A stretch of DNA of 13,755 nucleotides from Geosiphon pyriformis uo1 (taxonomy: Eukaryota; Fungi; Glomeromycota): positions 5,466-19,220 of the forward strand of contig JAAOMT010000791.1 of assembly GCA_016748015.1 (NCBI GenBank), read 5' to 3'. Shown piece by piece: positions 1 to 10,687 of the stretch; position 1 is the first letter of the stretch, and every line of letters begins with the position of its first letter. The position numbers and the translations under genes are program-made. Under the pieces are notes generated by a model. It had not been told where the DNA came from. It saw only the letters and a list, made by a program, of their open reading frames with translations, and searched no databases.

Positions 1-628
1 TTAAATTAAAAATAACATATGATTGTTGTTAAAATAGTTTGAAAAAAATATAACACCAAAAAAAATATAAATTTTTTAATTTTAATTTTAATATAACAAA
101 AAAAAGTTATAATTTTAAATGAAAAGAATCTAAAATCCAAAAAAAATTTCTATTATATTTTTAAATCTATACGTTTGGGAAAAATATCTTAATCATAAAT
201 TGTTAAATTTTTAAGAATCTAACAAATTGAAAATATATATTATTCTAAAGAAATTTTTTTTATTTAAAATTTTTTTAATTATTTTATTAATATTTTTTTT
301 TACAGTCCATTTATTTTCATTTTTTAATTATATAATTATGTTATTTTTATATATCTTTTCTATTTATAATATGACTTATAATATATATTAAGATAATTTT
401 TTACTTTATTCTTTAATATTTATTTATATTTACTTTTATTCTTGACTTGTTTTATTTTTATTTTAGTTGAAACTTTTATTTGTGTACAGTTTTAGAAACT
501 TTTAATTTGCAATAGTTAAAAAAAAATTAAAAAAATTAGGTTAAAAATTTTACAAACTATTCAAAATTTGAGTTAAACTGNNNNNNNNNNNNNNNNNNNN
601 NNNNNNNNNNNNNNNNNNNNNNNNNNNN

Positions 629-1732
629 TTCTAAACTTATTAGCTATAATTCCTCGGAAAATGTATTTTTATGTTTCCTTCCAATCAAAGACCCTGAAAG
701 AATGATTATGTAATATTACTCTAAAAGCATACAATTCTTCCTAAAAGGGAGTTTTAACATTAGTTAAGATCAAAAAAGTTCATTTTTTGGGAAATAACAT
801 TTACAGTTTGCCGCAAAAGTAACCGACACTTCATAACTTGGTACACAGTAAAATAAATAAATAAATTTTATTTGAAAGAATAGCATTATACCTTCAGGTA
901 AACATCGTTGAATCGTGTCTACACTATTTTTTCATTTCCCGTTGTATATCAGTGGCGGTTAGATGAATTTCTTTTTTTGTAAGCTATACAATTTTGGCAT
1001 CTTGTTTCGGGTCGTAATTTGATTTCGGCTGGATTTTGCTTAATCCCTAAAGTCTTTTGTTTCCTCCCACCTTTAACCTAACGAAGTGCTGTAAACTATC
1101 AAAACGTTCCTAGCGTAAATGTTAAATGAGACTTTCTCATTTAAATAGCTTCAATATCATTTGTTGCTGCATTTAGAATTCGATATTATTCAAATCTTTA
1201 GATCTTTCCAAATTAAATCAAAATATAACCAAGGTTAAATTTAGAAATTATAGATTATTTCTCCTGAAATTCACAACAAAATAATTCTCTTGTTCATGAT
1301 CAAAAACAATTATCCCTATGTAAAAATATACTTCAATTTAATCATTTCCAAAATTCACCTAACCCAAATTTGGTTCAGTGCTCATTGAATCTACAGAAAG
1401 ATGTTTTAAAATATAAAGCAACAAATATTTTGAATATGAAGCAAATAGTTCTCAGTAACAAATAACATATTCTAAATAACGAATGAGATATTTTAATGAA
1501 AAGGCAAGAATTATAACAGTTAAAGTAATTTGGCCACTAAAAAAATAATATGGATTAAAGAAATATTTATGAATCAATTAATTCCGATTGAATCTGACTG
1601 CTACAAAGAAGAAAATTAATTTCAAAAAATGAAATATCCTACTCAGTATCTATTTAAATAAAATTAATGAGATTTAATGAATTATAAAAATATAACAAAA
1701 ACATATTCATTCTCCCTTTCTATTCAATCTTA
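629..1732 (+). repeat. Copy 1 of a 1.1-kb direct duplication (partner 2069-3192); occupies an entire gap-bounded contig
   Basis: Colinear from TTCTAAACTTATTAGC to TATTCAATCTTA. Differences are scattered substitutions, 1-bp homopolymer indels, one TAAA unit and a 13-bp indel. Confidence 0.95.
804..1095 (-). mobile_element. Internally deleted Tc1-like relic (copy 1)
   Basis: TA at 802-803 is followed by CAGTTTGCCGCAAAAGTAACCGACACTT. The same decayed HTH region lies at 890-1095, with the same three stops and extra 1-bp homopolymer indels. Confidence 0.72.
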
Positions 1733-1812
1733 NNNNNNNNNNNNNNNNNNNNNNNNNNNNNNNNNNNNNNNNNNNNNNNNNNCTTGTGGCTTTTTAATCT
1801 TGAAAAATTCAA

Positions 1813-1836
1813 GGCAATGGCAATGGCTATGGCTAT
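1813..1836 (+). repeat. Short hexamer repeat (GGCAAT)2(GGCTAT)2
   Basis: Seen directly. Confidence 0.7.
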
Positions 1837-2068
1837 GACATACGCATATATTCATTTATTTTAATCGTTTGTGTTAAATTATTTTTGCATTAAATTTTTG
1901 TCCCCATGAAATGTATTAATATTTTGATATTTTTGCCGTCCATGCTTATTAATTTCAAAGATTAGCTCACTTCTTACAGATAATGAAGTTTATAAATTTA
2001 ACATTTTTCGAATTATGTATAGGTTCTTAATGCACATGTGTTTCGAATAAAATGCCATTCAAAGCTGT

Positions 2069-3192
2069 TTCTAAACTTATTAGCTATAATTCCTCGGAAA
2101 ATGTGTTTTTATGTTTCCTTCCAATCAAAGACCCTGAAAGAATGATTATGTAATATTACTCTAAAAAGCATACAATTCTTCCTAAAAGGGAGTTTTAACA
2201 TTAGTTAAGATCAAAAAAGTTCATTTTTTGTGAAATAACATTTACAGTTTGTCACAAAAGTAACCGAAGCTTCATAACTTGGTACACGGTAAAATAAATA
2301 AATAAATAAATTTTATTTGAAAGAATAGCATTATACCTTCAGATAAACATCGTTGAATCGTGTCTACACTATTTTTTCATTTCCCGTTGTATATCAGTGG
2401 CGGTTAGATGAATTTCTTTTTTTGCAAGCTATACAATTTTGGCATCTTGTTTCGGGGTCGTGATTTGATTTCGGCCGAATTTTGCTTAATCCCTAAAGTC
2501 TTTGGTTTCCTTCCACCTTTTAACCTAACGAAGTGCTGTAAACTATCAAAAACGTTCCTAGCGTAAATGTTAATGAGACTTCCACATTTAAATAGCTTCA
2601 ATATCATTTGTTGCTGCATTTAGAATTCGATATTATTCAAATCTTTAGATCTTTCCAAATTAAATCAAAATATAACCAAATTCAAATTTAGGAAATATAG
2701 ATTATTTCTCCTGAAATTCACAACAAAATAATTCTCTTGTTCATGATCAAAGACAGCTAACTCTATGTAAAAATATACTTCAATTTAATCAATTCCAAAA
2801 TTCACCTAACCCAAATTTGGTTCAATGCTCATTGAATCTACAGAAAGATGTTTTAAAATATAAAGCAAAAAATATTTTGAATAAGAAGCAAATAGTTCTC
2901 AGTAACAAATAACATATTTTAAATAAAGAGTGAGATATTTTAAAGAAAAGGCAAGAATTATAATAGTTAAAGTAATTTGGCCACTAAAAAAATAATATGG
3001 ATTAAAGAAATATTTATGAATCAATTATCTTTATGTTTTAATTCCGATTGAATCTGACTACTACAAAGAAGAAAATTAATTTCAAAAAATGAAATATCCT
3101 ACTCAGTATCTATTTAAATAAAATCAATGAGATTTAATGAATTATAAAAATATAACTAAAACATATTCATTCTCCCTTTCTATTCAATCTTA
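2069..3192 (+). repeat. Copy 2 of the 1.1-kb direct duplication (partner 629-1732)
   Basis: Aligned by eye; the offset grows from 1440 to 1460. Confidence 0.95.
2245..2542 (-). mobile_element. Internally deleted, 5'-truncated Tc1-like relic (copy 2): TIR plus decayed N-terminal HTH region
   Basis: TA at 2243-2244 is followed by CAGTTTGTCACAAAAGTAACCGAAGCTT. Minus strand 2542 to 2335 reads FTALR*VKRWKETKDFRD*AKFGRNQITTPKQDAKIV*LAKKEIHLTATDIQREMKK/NSVDTIQRCLSEG. This matches the Tc1 paired-like HTH, GRPR-type linker and homeo-like HTH. No DDE domain or second TIR was seen. Confidence 0.75.
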
Positions 3193-3422
3193 ACATTTTA
3201 ATATTTAACATGACAATACTTTAATATGAAAGTAGCCACTAATCAATCAATTAATTCAATTAGATTATAAATACAATGTAATTTGTGTTGTTTTTAAGAA
3301 ATTCTTTATTTCTCAATATTTTGGAACCATATCAGAAAAAAATATTGATTATTTTATGTCTTATTTCAAAATAATTTGGTTTGTTAGTTTGAATAGACTA
3401 GACCAACCCTCAACCATCATAT

Positions 3423-3628
3423 TGTTACGGTCAGATGTAACACACTAACGGATAGCAAGGAAGAACAATATTGTATGGCGATGAAATTAATAAAAGGATA
3501 ATTCAACTTTAATGAGTGAATTGAATTAGTAAGGATTCAATGTGCGAGATCAGTCTCATAAATATCTCAGTCGCTATTCTTTCCAAAAGTAACAAGGGAA
3601 TCTGAATAGTCCGTACTGTCAACAAAAG
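3423..3628. mobile_element. Possible LTR terminus
   Basis: Begins TGTTACGG, a common Ty3/Gypsy LTR end, near a rise in GC content, and runs into a gap. No partner LTR, PBS or PPT is visible. Confidence 0.3.
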
Positions 3629-5090
3629 NNNNNNNNNNNNNNNNNNNNNNNNNNNNNNNNNNNNNNNNNNNNNNNNNNNNNNNNNNNNNNNNNNNNNNNN
3701 NNNNNNNNNNNNNNNNNNNNNNNNNNNNNNNNNNNNNNNNNNNNNNNNNNNNNNNNNNNNNNNNNNNNNNNNNNNNNNNNNNNNNNNNNNNNNNNNNNNN
3801 NNNNNNNNNNNNNNNNNNNNNNNNNNNNNNNNNNNNNNNNNNNNNNNNNNNNNNNNNNNNNNNNNNNNNNNNNNNNNNNNNNNNNNNNNNNNNNNNNNNN
3901 NNNNNNNNNNNNNNNNNNNNNNNNNNNNNNNNNNNNNNNNNNNNNNNNNNNNNNNNNNNNNNNNNNNNNNNNNNNNNNNNNNNNNNNNNNNNNNNNNNNN
4001 NNNNNNNNNNNNNNNNNNNNNNNNNNNNNNNNNNNNNNNNNNNNNNNNNNNNNNNNNNNNNNNNNNNNNNNNNNNNNNNNNNNNNNNNNNNNNNNNNNNN
4101 NNNNNNNNNNNNNNNNNNNNNNNNNNNNNNNNNNNNNNNNNNNNNNNNNNNNNNNNNNNNNNNNNNNNNNNNNNNNNNNNNNNNNNNNNNNNNNNNNNNN
4201 NNNNNNNNNNNNNNNNNNNNNNNNNNNNNNNNNNNNNNNNNNNNNNNNNNNNNNNNNNNNNNNNNNNNNNNNNNNNNNNNNNNNNNNNNNNNNNNNNNNN
4301 NNNNNNNNNNNNNNNNNNNNNNNNNNNNNNNNNNNNNNNNNNNNNNNNNNNNNNNNNNNNNNNNNNNNNNNNNNNNNNNNNNNNNNNNNNNNNNNNNNNN
4401 NNNNNNNNNNNNNNNNNNNNNNNNNNNNNNNNNNNNNNATTTATTTTAAAATCAAATCTTAGATATGAGTTTTTACAGTTAATTAACCAGGTAATTTGAG
4501 CACATAACAATAAACCAACCAACCAAATTAAACAATAACTTAAAACATTTAAGTTATGTTAAAACCAAAAAAAACAGTTTAGAATTTAAAGTCAAATAAT
4601 TAAAAACTTTAACACTATTTTTGCATCTAAAATTAATTATCGGGTCAATGTTTTATTTAACAAATTTTTCAAATAAACCATAAAATATTAATACAAATCA
4701 ACTAGTTTAATATAACAGCAATAATTTTAATAAAATATTTTGAGAACATTTTTTGATGTTATTAAAAAATATCCCAAAAAAAATTACAAATTCAACAATA
4801 ACCACAAATTTGGTAATTTTAAATATAATAAAAAAGTAAATTGGCAAGCTTAATTTTAATAACAACATTTAAAAAATTTTAAACTTTACATAATATTATT
4901 TTTAATAACCAATTTAAGACCAACAAAATTAAATTAAAAGTTTTATATTACCTAATTTTCAAAAAACCATTAATTATTAAGCACCAAAATAAAAATTATT
5001 TCTCTAAAAAAATTTCAACAATTGATAATAACTTTTTTAATTATTATATTATTATTAAAAAGTGCAATGANNNNNNNNNNNNNNNNNNNN

Positions 5091-6846
5091 GTTTCTTCTA
5101 AATTTTTCACTATTTCCCATCCCTTTCGATGATACGTTCCAATACTGGTTTGTGGACTCGGATTTCCCTCTTTTTCCAGATCTTCCATTATTTCTAATCG
5201 AGTTCGATGATATTCTCTAAGAGCGATTTGTCCAAGTAAATCTCCCGCCTCTGCAGCTTTTGAATAAAGTTCAAATGCTTTTTCTGAATCTTTTGTCGTT
5301 CCTATTCCATTATCATAAAAAACTGCAAGATTGGATTGTGCACTTAAATGTCCCGCCTCTGCAGCTTTTGAAAAAAGTTCAAATGCTTTTTCTGAATTTC
5401 TCATCGTCCCCTCTCCATTAGCATAACAAAGTGCAAGATTGTATTTTGCGCCTAAAAGTCCCGCTTCTGCTGCTTTTGAATAAAGTTCAAATGCTTTTTC
5501 TGAATCTTTTGTCGTTCCTCTTCCATTATTATAAAAATATGCAAGATTGTGTTGTGCATTTAAATGTCCCGCCTCTGCTGCTTTTGAATAAAGTTCAAAT
5601 GCTTTTTCTGAATCTTTTGTCGTCCCTTCTCCATTAGCATAAAAAACTGCAAGATTGTATTGTGCATTTAAATGTCCCGCCTCTGCAGCTTTTGAATAAA
5701 GTTCAAATACTTTTTCTGAATCTTTTGTCGTCCCTTCTCCATTAGCATAAAAAACTGCAAGATTGTATTGTGCATTTAAATGTCCCGCCTCTGCAGCTTT
5801 TGAAAAAAGTTCAAATGCTTTTTCTGAATTTTTTGTCGTCCCTCTCCATTAGCATAAAAAACTGCAAGATTGTATTGTGCATCTAAATGTCCCGCCTCTG
5901 CTGCTTTTGAATAAAGTTCAAATGCTTTTTCTGAATCTTTTGTCGTCCCTTCTCCATTAGCATAAAAAACTGCAAGATTGTATTGTGCATTTAAATGTCC
6001 CGCCTCTGCAGCTTTTGAATAAAGTTCAAATGCTTTTTCTGAATCTTTTGTCGTCCCTTCTCCATTAGCATAACAACTTGCAAGATTGTATTGTGCATTT
6101 AAATGTCCCGCCTCTGCAGCTTTTGAATAAAGTTCAAATGCTTTTTCTGAATTTTTTGTCGTTCCTTCTCCATTAGCATAACAAAGTGCAAGATTGTATT
6201 GTGCATTTAAATGTCCCGCCTCTGCAGCTTTTGAATAAAGTTCAAATGCTTTTTCTGAATCTTTTGTCGTTCCACTTCCATTAGCATAACAAAGTGCAAG
6301 ATTGTATTGTGCATTTAAATGTCCCGCCTCTGCTGCTTTTGAATAAAGTTCAAATGCTTTTTCTGAATCTTTTGTCGTTCCTCTTCCATTTAAATAACAA
6401 TTTGCAAGATTGTTTTGTGCATTTAAATCTCCCGCCTCTGCAGCTTTTGAATAGAGTTCATATGCTTTTCCTTGATCTTGAGAAGTACCAGTTCCAGTAT
6501 CATAACAACATCCCAAAAAGAATTGTCCAAGAGAATCTTTTGCGTTCGCTGCTTTCTGATATTTTAAAAATGCTTTTGTTAAATTAGGGATAGTTCCAAT
6601 CCCATGTTCTAAAGAAAAGCCGAGTAAAATATTGTCTATCGAACGCTTTGGATTTTGTTTATTCAAGCAATCGAACAAATTTTCAGGTGTTTTCTGATTG
6701 CGCACAAGATATTTTTTCACTAATTCAGCAACTTTTGAATATTCAGTAGCTGGAAAAATGGCTAAATTTTCTTTGATAACAATCAATGTTCCTTCAAGCC
6801 AGTCGAGGGTTGAAGTTGTGTTTTCAGTTGATGAATTTGAAGACAT
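5091..6846 (-). CDS. Sel1-like repeat (SLR/HCP-like) protein, about 585 aa up to the gap if corrected. It has about 13 SLRs plus about 2 degenerate C-terminal ones. There is one 1-bp frameshift at 5840-5842, and the C-terminus lies in or beyond gap 5071-5090.
   Basis: ATG at 6846 (MSSNSSTENTT...; an alternative in-frame ATG is at 6870). The 36-aa unit LNAQYNLAxxYxNGxGTTKDSEKAFELYSKAAEAGH matches the Sel1 consensus. ORF-track pieces 5776..7281 and 5015..5404 join into one frame if one base is restored in unit 8. My translation from 5840 to 5404 in the second frame has no stop. No introns are evident. Confidence 0.9.
5240..6426 (-). repeat. Coding tandem array of 11 x 108-bp units (R3-R13; one unit is 107 bp)
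   Basis: The anchor GCAAGAT recurs at 5325, 5433, 5541, 5649, 5757, 5864, 5972, 6080, 6188, 6296 and 6404. Spacing is 108 except 107 between 5757 and 5864. Units 5887-5994 and 5564-5671 read as identical. Confidence 0.97.
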
Positions 6847-7270
6847 GATTTTCAGACAAAACAAGTACATTATTAAGCCTTGAATATTTTGTATGGGTAA
6901 AGAAAGAGTTCGTCTNNNNNNNNNNNNNNNNNNNNNNNNNNNNNNNNNNNNNNNNNNNNNNNNNNNNNNNNNNNNNNNNNNNNNNNNNNNNNNNNNNNNN
7001 NNNNNNNNNNNNNNNNNNNNNNNNNNNNNNNNNNNNNNNNNNNNNNNNNNNNNNNNNNNNNNNNNNNNNNNNNNNNNNNNNNNNNNNNNNNNNNNNNNNN
7101 NNNNNNNNNNNNNNNNNNNNNNNNNNNNNNNNNNNNNNNNNNNNNNNNNNNNNNNNNNNNNNNNNNNNNNNNNNNNNNNNNNNNNNNNNNNNNNNNNNNN
7201 NNNNNNNNNNNNNNNNNNNNNNNNNNNNNNNNNNNNNNNNNNNNNNNNNNNNNNNNNNNNNNNNNNNNNN

Positions 7271-7946
7271 ACAACTAGCACAATCAGGTGAAAATCTTTT
7301 TATTTAAAAATTATGGGCTCATCTATTCATATTTCAGTACTTGTATATTAGTAGACCTTGGCAAATATTAATTATAAGAATTAATATATCAAATTTTTGT
7401 CTTTAAATAAATTTTACTGATTGTTTCATTAGAGCCAAAATGTTTTATATTCTATAAAATAATACCAAATACTTAAACTTTATACTGAATTTTAAATCGT
7501 TATACCTCAAAAATACATATAAAGGCAAAGATTAACTTTTATAAGTAGATTTTATTTAATATACACAAATTTCAAACAATATTTATCCTATTTAACAAAA
7601 GCTCTAAAAAGTTCATATAAAAACTTTGCCAAGTGAAAGACGTCCAAAACAGATAAAATTTAAAGTTTTACCGATTTTGGAGTCAATATTAAAGTCATAT
7701 CGAAGTTTAGCATTTTTTTTCACAATAATTTATTGATAAAATTCTTTAAAGAGTTTCTAAATATAAAAATTTGAAATTTTTATAATAGAATTTTGACCAC
7801 TATAATATCTTTTTAATTAATAACTATTTTTTATTAAATAATAATTTAAAATAATTCTTTTATATAGATTGCAAACCATCCAACAATACGTGCAATCTTT
7901 GCCTATTTTTTGAACATTTTACCGTATAGCATTTGTTTATTATAAG
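7271..7946 (+). repeat. Copy A of an approximately 676-bp direct duplication (partner 11988-12664)
   Basis: Colinear from ACAACTAGCACAATCAGGTG to TTTATTATAAG, with roughly a dozen or more substitutions and two small indels. Starts exactly at a gap. Confidence 0.95.
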
Positions 7947-10687
7947 ATCTATACATGTATATATTTCTAATTTTCAAGCCGTTCTTTAATTAAATAGTAA
8001 ATTAATGTCTTTTGTTATTAAAAAGAACTACACAAATACTTAATAAAATTTTTTTTTGACTTTTAACGTATTATTACAAGAATCAAGTATTTTGAGCCAA
8101 TGTTATACATTTAGAAACTCTTTAACCACTGTCAAATCATTTTATCTTTTATTATTATTATTAAAAAATCTAATATATAAAAATTTATATATTTATTAAC
8201 AATATGTTTTTATAATAAACATCCAAAAAATTTCGAGTTTTTTTTTTCGATTCATAAAATCTTTAATCGAACCCATTTGCCTGTAATAGATATTGGCAAT
8301 AAATTTTATGATTTGATCATAATAACTTAAATATCGATGAATTTATTATCATCAAAATATTTTTGTGGAAACTTTTGAAAAGCTAACGATCTTATGAGCT
8401 TTACATTTTGCTCCGGCAATTACAGACAGAATATGCTACTAAACTACATGTTTTCAAGATTTTCATAATTATTATCAGTTTATCTAAAATATTTTCAAAA
8501 AAGTGTTAAAAAGGTAAAATTTTAGTACAAAGTTCATATACTGCCTTTCATGCAGCTTTTATATTAAAAATTAGCTATTTAAAATAAAATTATATTGTTC
8601 AGCATATAAAAATTTTTAGATACTATTATAGAACATTAATAATAAGAGTTGTATTGGAACAGAAAATCAATTTTAAATACCAAGAAAAAATTTAAAATTT
8701 GTTCAAGTTAGAAAAAATATTTTAATTAACAATAAAAATTATATTTAAAAAAAAATTCTGCTTGAAAAATAAACTATATTATAAAATAAAATTACATGAA
8801 AATATTTTTAAATAATAATCATTAGAATAATTAAAAAAAATCACAAATATATGATTATTAATAAGAGTTAAAAAAATATTTATCCAGTGATTACAATAAA
8901 AAAACTTAAAAATTACAAAAATAAACTGAAACACTGAAAGATTAAAATATAGAAAAAAAACATAAAAACATTTATTAATGTTTTTATAAATGAAAAAAAT
9001 TTAATATTTATCAATAATTAAAGCGTTATTAAATAATAGACAAAAAAAACTTTAAGAAATTGATATAAAACATTTGATGAAACTTTTTATTAAATTGAAA
9101 GTCACAATAAAATAACAAAAATTATGCCAAAAAAAGTTATGGAGAATAACAATTTTATTAATATAAAAGTTGATAAAAGATACTTTTGTAATAAATAATT
9201 TATACAAATATATAAAAATATTCACTTAAAAAAATTTAATTAATATACAATATTATATAAAAAATACTGCAAAATAAAAAAACTGATAATAAGAATTTAA
9301 TTAATGCAGATTAAAATTTAACATGAAAATTATCAAATAAAAATTCGTATTTACAAAGTAAAATTACAACTTCATTTTCAATAAAAAATGTTTATATAAA
9401 TTATAATGAATACAAATCTTTTGTCAAAAATTTTATCAATACTTAATTTAAAATAATTTCAAATCATAATCATAATTGACATAATGAATTTGAAAAATAG
9501 CTCTTGATTGATTTTATTTTAATACAAATTAGGGTAAAAAATAATTCTTGAATAAAATAAGATAACATAAAATAAGAAATTTTTAGATTCGGTATCATTA
9601 TTAACAAATTTTAATTTTGTCATGAATAATTCAAGTTTTATTTATTGTAATTTCTACTGAATTTTTGGCTATTTCTCAAAATTACCAATTATTATTTGAT
9701 TAGAATGGTTTAATTGTTATCAAATTTGATTATTTATAAAGATGTTGTCATTAGCAATTGATACTGACAAGAAAAAAGTATTCGTTATTGTTATATTGTT
9801 TTAAGTTTTCTATTTATTATATAAGGCAAAATAAAATTTTGGTTTTTTATGGAACTTTACATCTGCCTAATTTAACTTTATTTAATTTATTTATTAAACA
9901 TTATCTGTCGGCTCTGATCTAATCCTTATTATATAAACAATTTGATATTAGGAAATCGAGTAGAGCGAGAAATCGAAACTTATCATAATAATTAAGGGAT
10001 AATGGTATTAAGGAGCAATTTAACGGATTCAGTCTTTAAAATNNNNNNNNNNNNNNNNNNNNNNNNNNNNNNNNNNNNNNNNNNNNNNNNNNNNNNNNNN
10101 NNNNNNNNNNNNNNNNNNNNNNNNNNNNNNNNNNNNNNNNNNNNNNNNNNNNNNNNNNNNNNNNNNNNNNNNNNNNNNNNNNNNNNNNNNNNNNNNNNNN
10201 NNNNNNNNNNNNNNNNNNNNNNNNNNNNNNNNNNNNNNNNNNNNNNNNNNNNNNNNNNNNNNNNNNNNNNNNNNNNNNNNNNNNNNNNNNNNNNNNNNNN
10301 NNNNNNNNNNNNNNNNNNNNNNNNNNNNNNNNNNNNNNNNNNNNNNNNNNNNNNNNNNNNNNNNNNNNNNNNNNNNNNNNNNNNNNNNNNNNNNNNNNNN
10401 NNNNNNNNNNNNNNNNNNNNNNNNNNNNNNNNNNNNNNNNNNNNNNNNNNNNNNNNNNNNNNNNNNNNNNNNNNNNNNNNNNNNNNNNNNNNNNNNNNNN
10501 NNNNNNNNNNNNNNNNNNNNNNNNNNNNNNNNNNNNNNNNNNNNNNNNNNNNNNNNNNNNNNNNNNNNNNNNNNNNNNNNNNNAATTAAAAATTATCAAA
10601 ATGAATTAAAAAAAAAGATGTTTAGAAAGTATTGCAACAAAATTAATTTTAAAATTTGAGATGAGTCGATCATTCTTAGGCAGTTAA

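Noticed and set aside
1-580. A-rich then T-rich halves suggesting a foldback
   Set aside because: No specific long inverted match was seen; low-complexity intergenic DNA.
2404-2619. 71-aa minus ORF MQQQMILKLF...
   Set aside because: It is an alternative frame over the Tc1 HTH relic and is broken by indels in the duplicate copy.
5015-5070. C-terminus IALFNNNIIIKKVIINC of the Sel1 protein
   Set aside because: The frame depends on a nominal 20-N gap size, and the sequence looks like non-coding AT-rich DNA.
5240-6426. Possible CRISPR array or diversity-generating retroelement template/variable repeat
   Set aside because: The units are contiguous coding 108-mers with no unique spacers. No cas or RT gene is present, and variation is not restricted to adenines.
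5431-6883. Plus-strand ORFs 5431-5637, 6294-6587 and 6698-6883
   Set aside because: Antisense shadows of the Sel1 gene.
8400-9560. Strongly A-skewed stretch with a TGA-free plus frame of about 130 codons if TAA/TAG are read as Gln
   Set aside because: TGA is rare at this base composition and no recognisable motif was found, so it is not distinguishable from chance.
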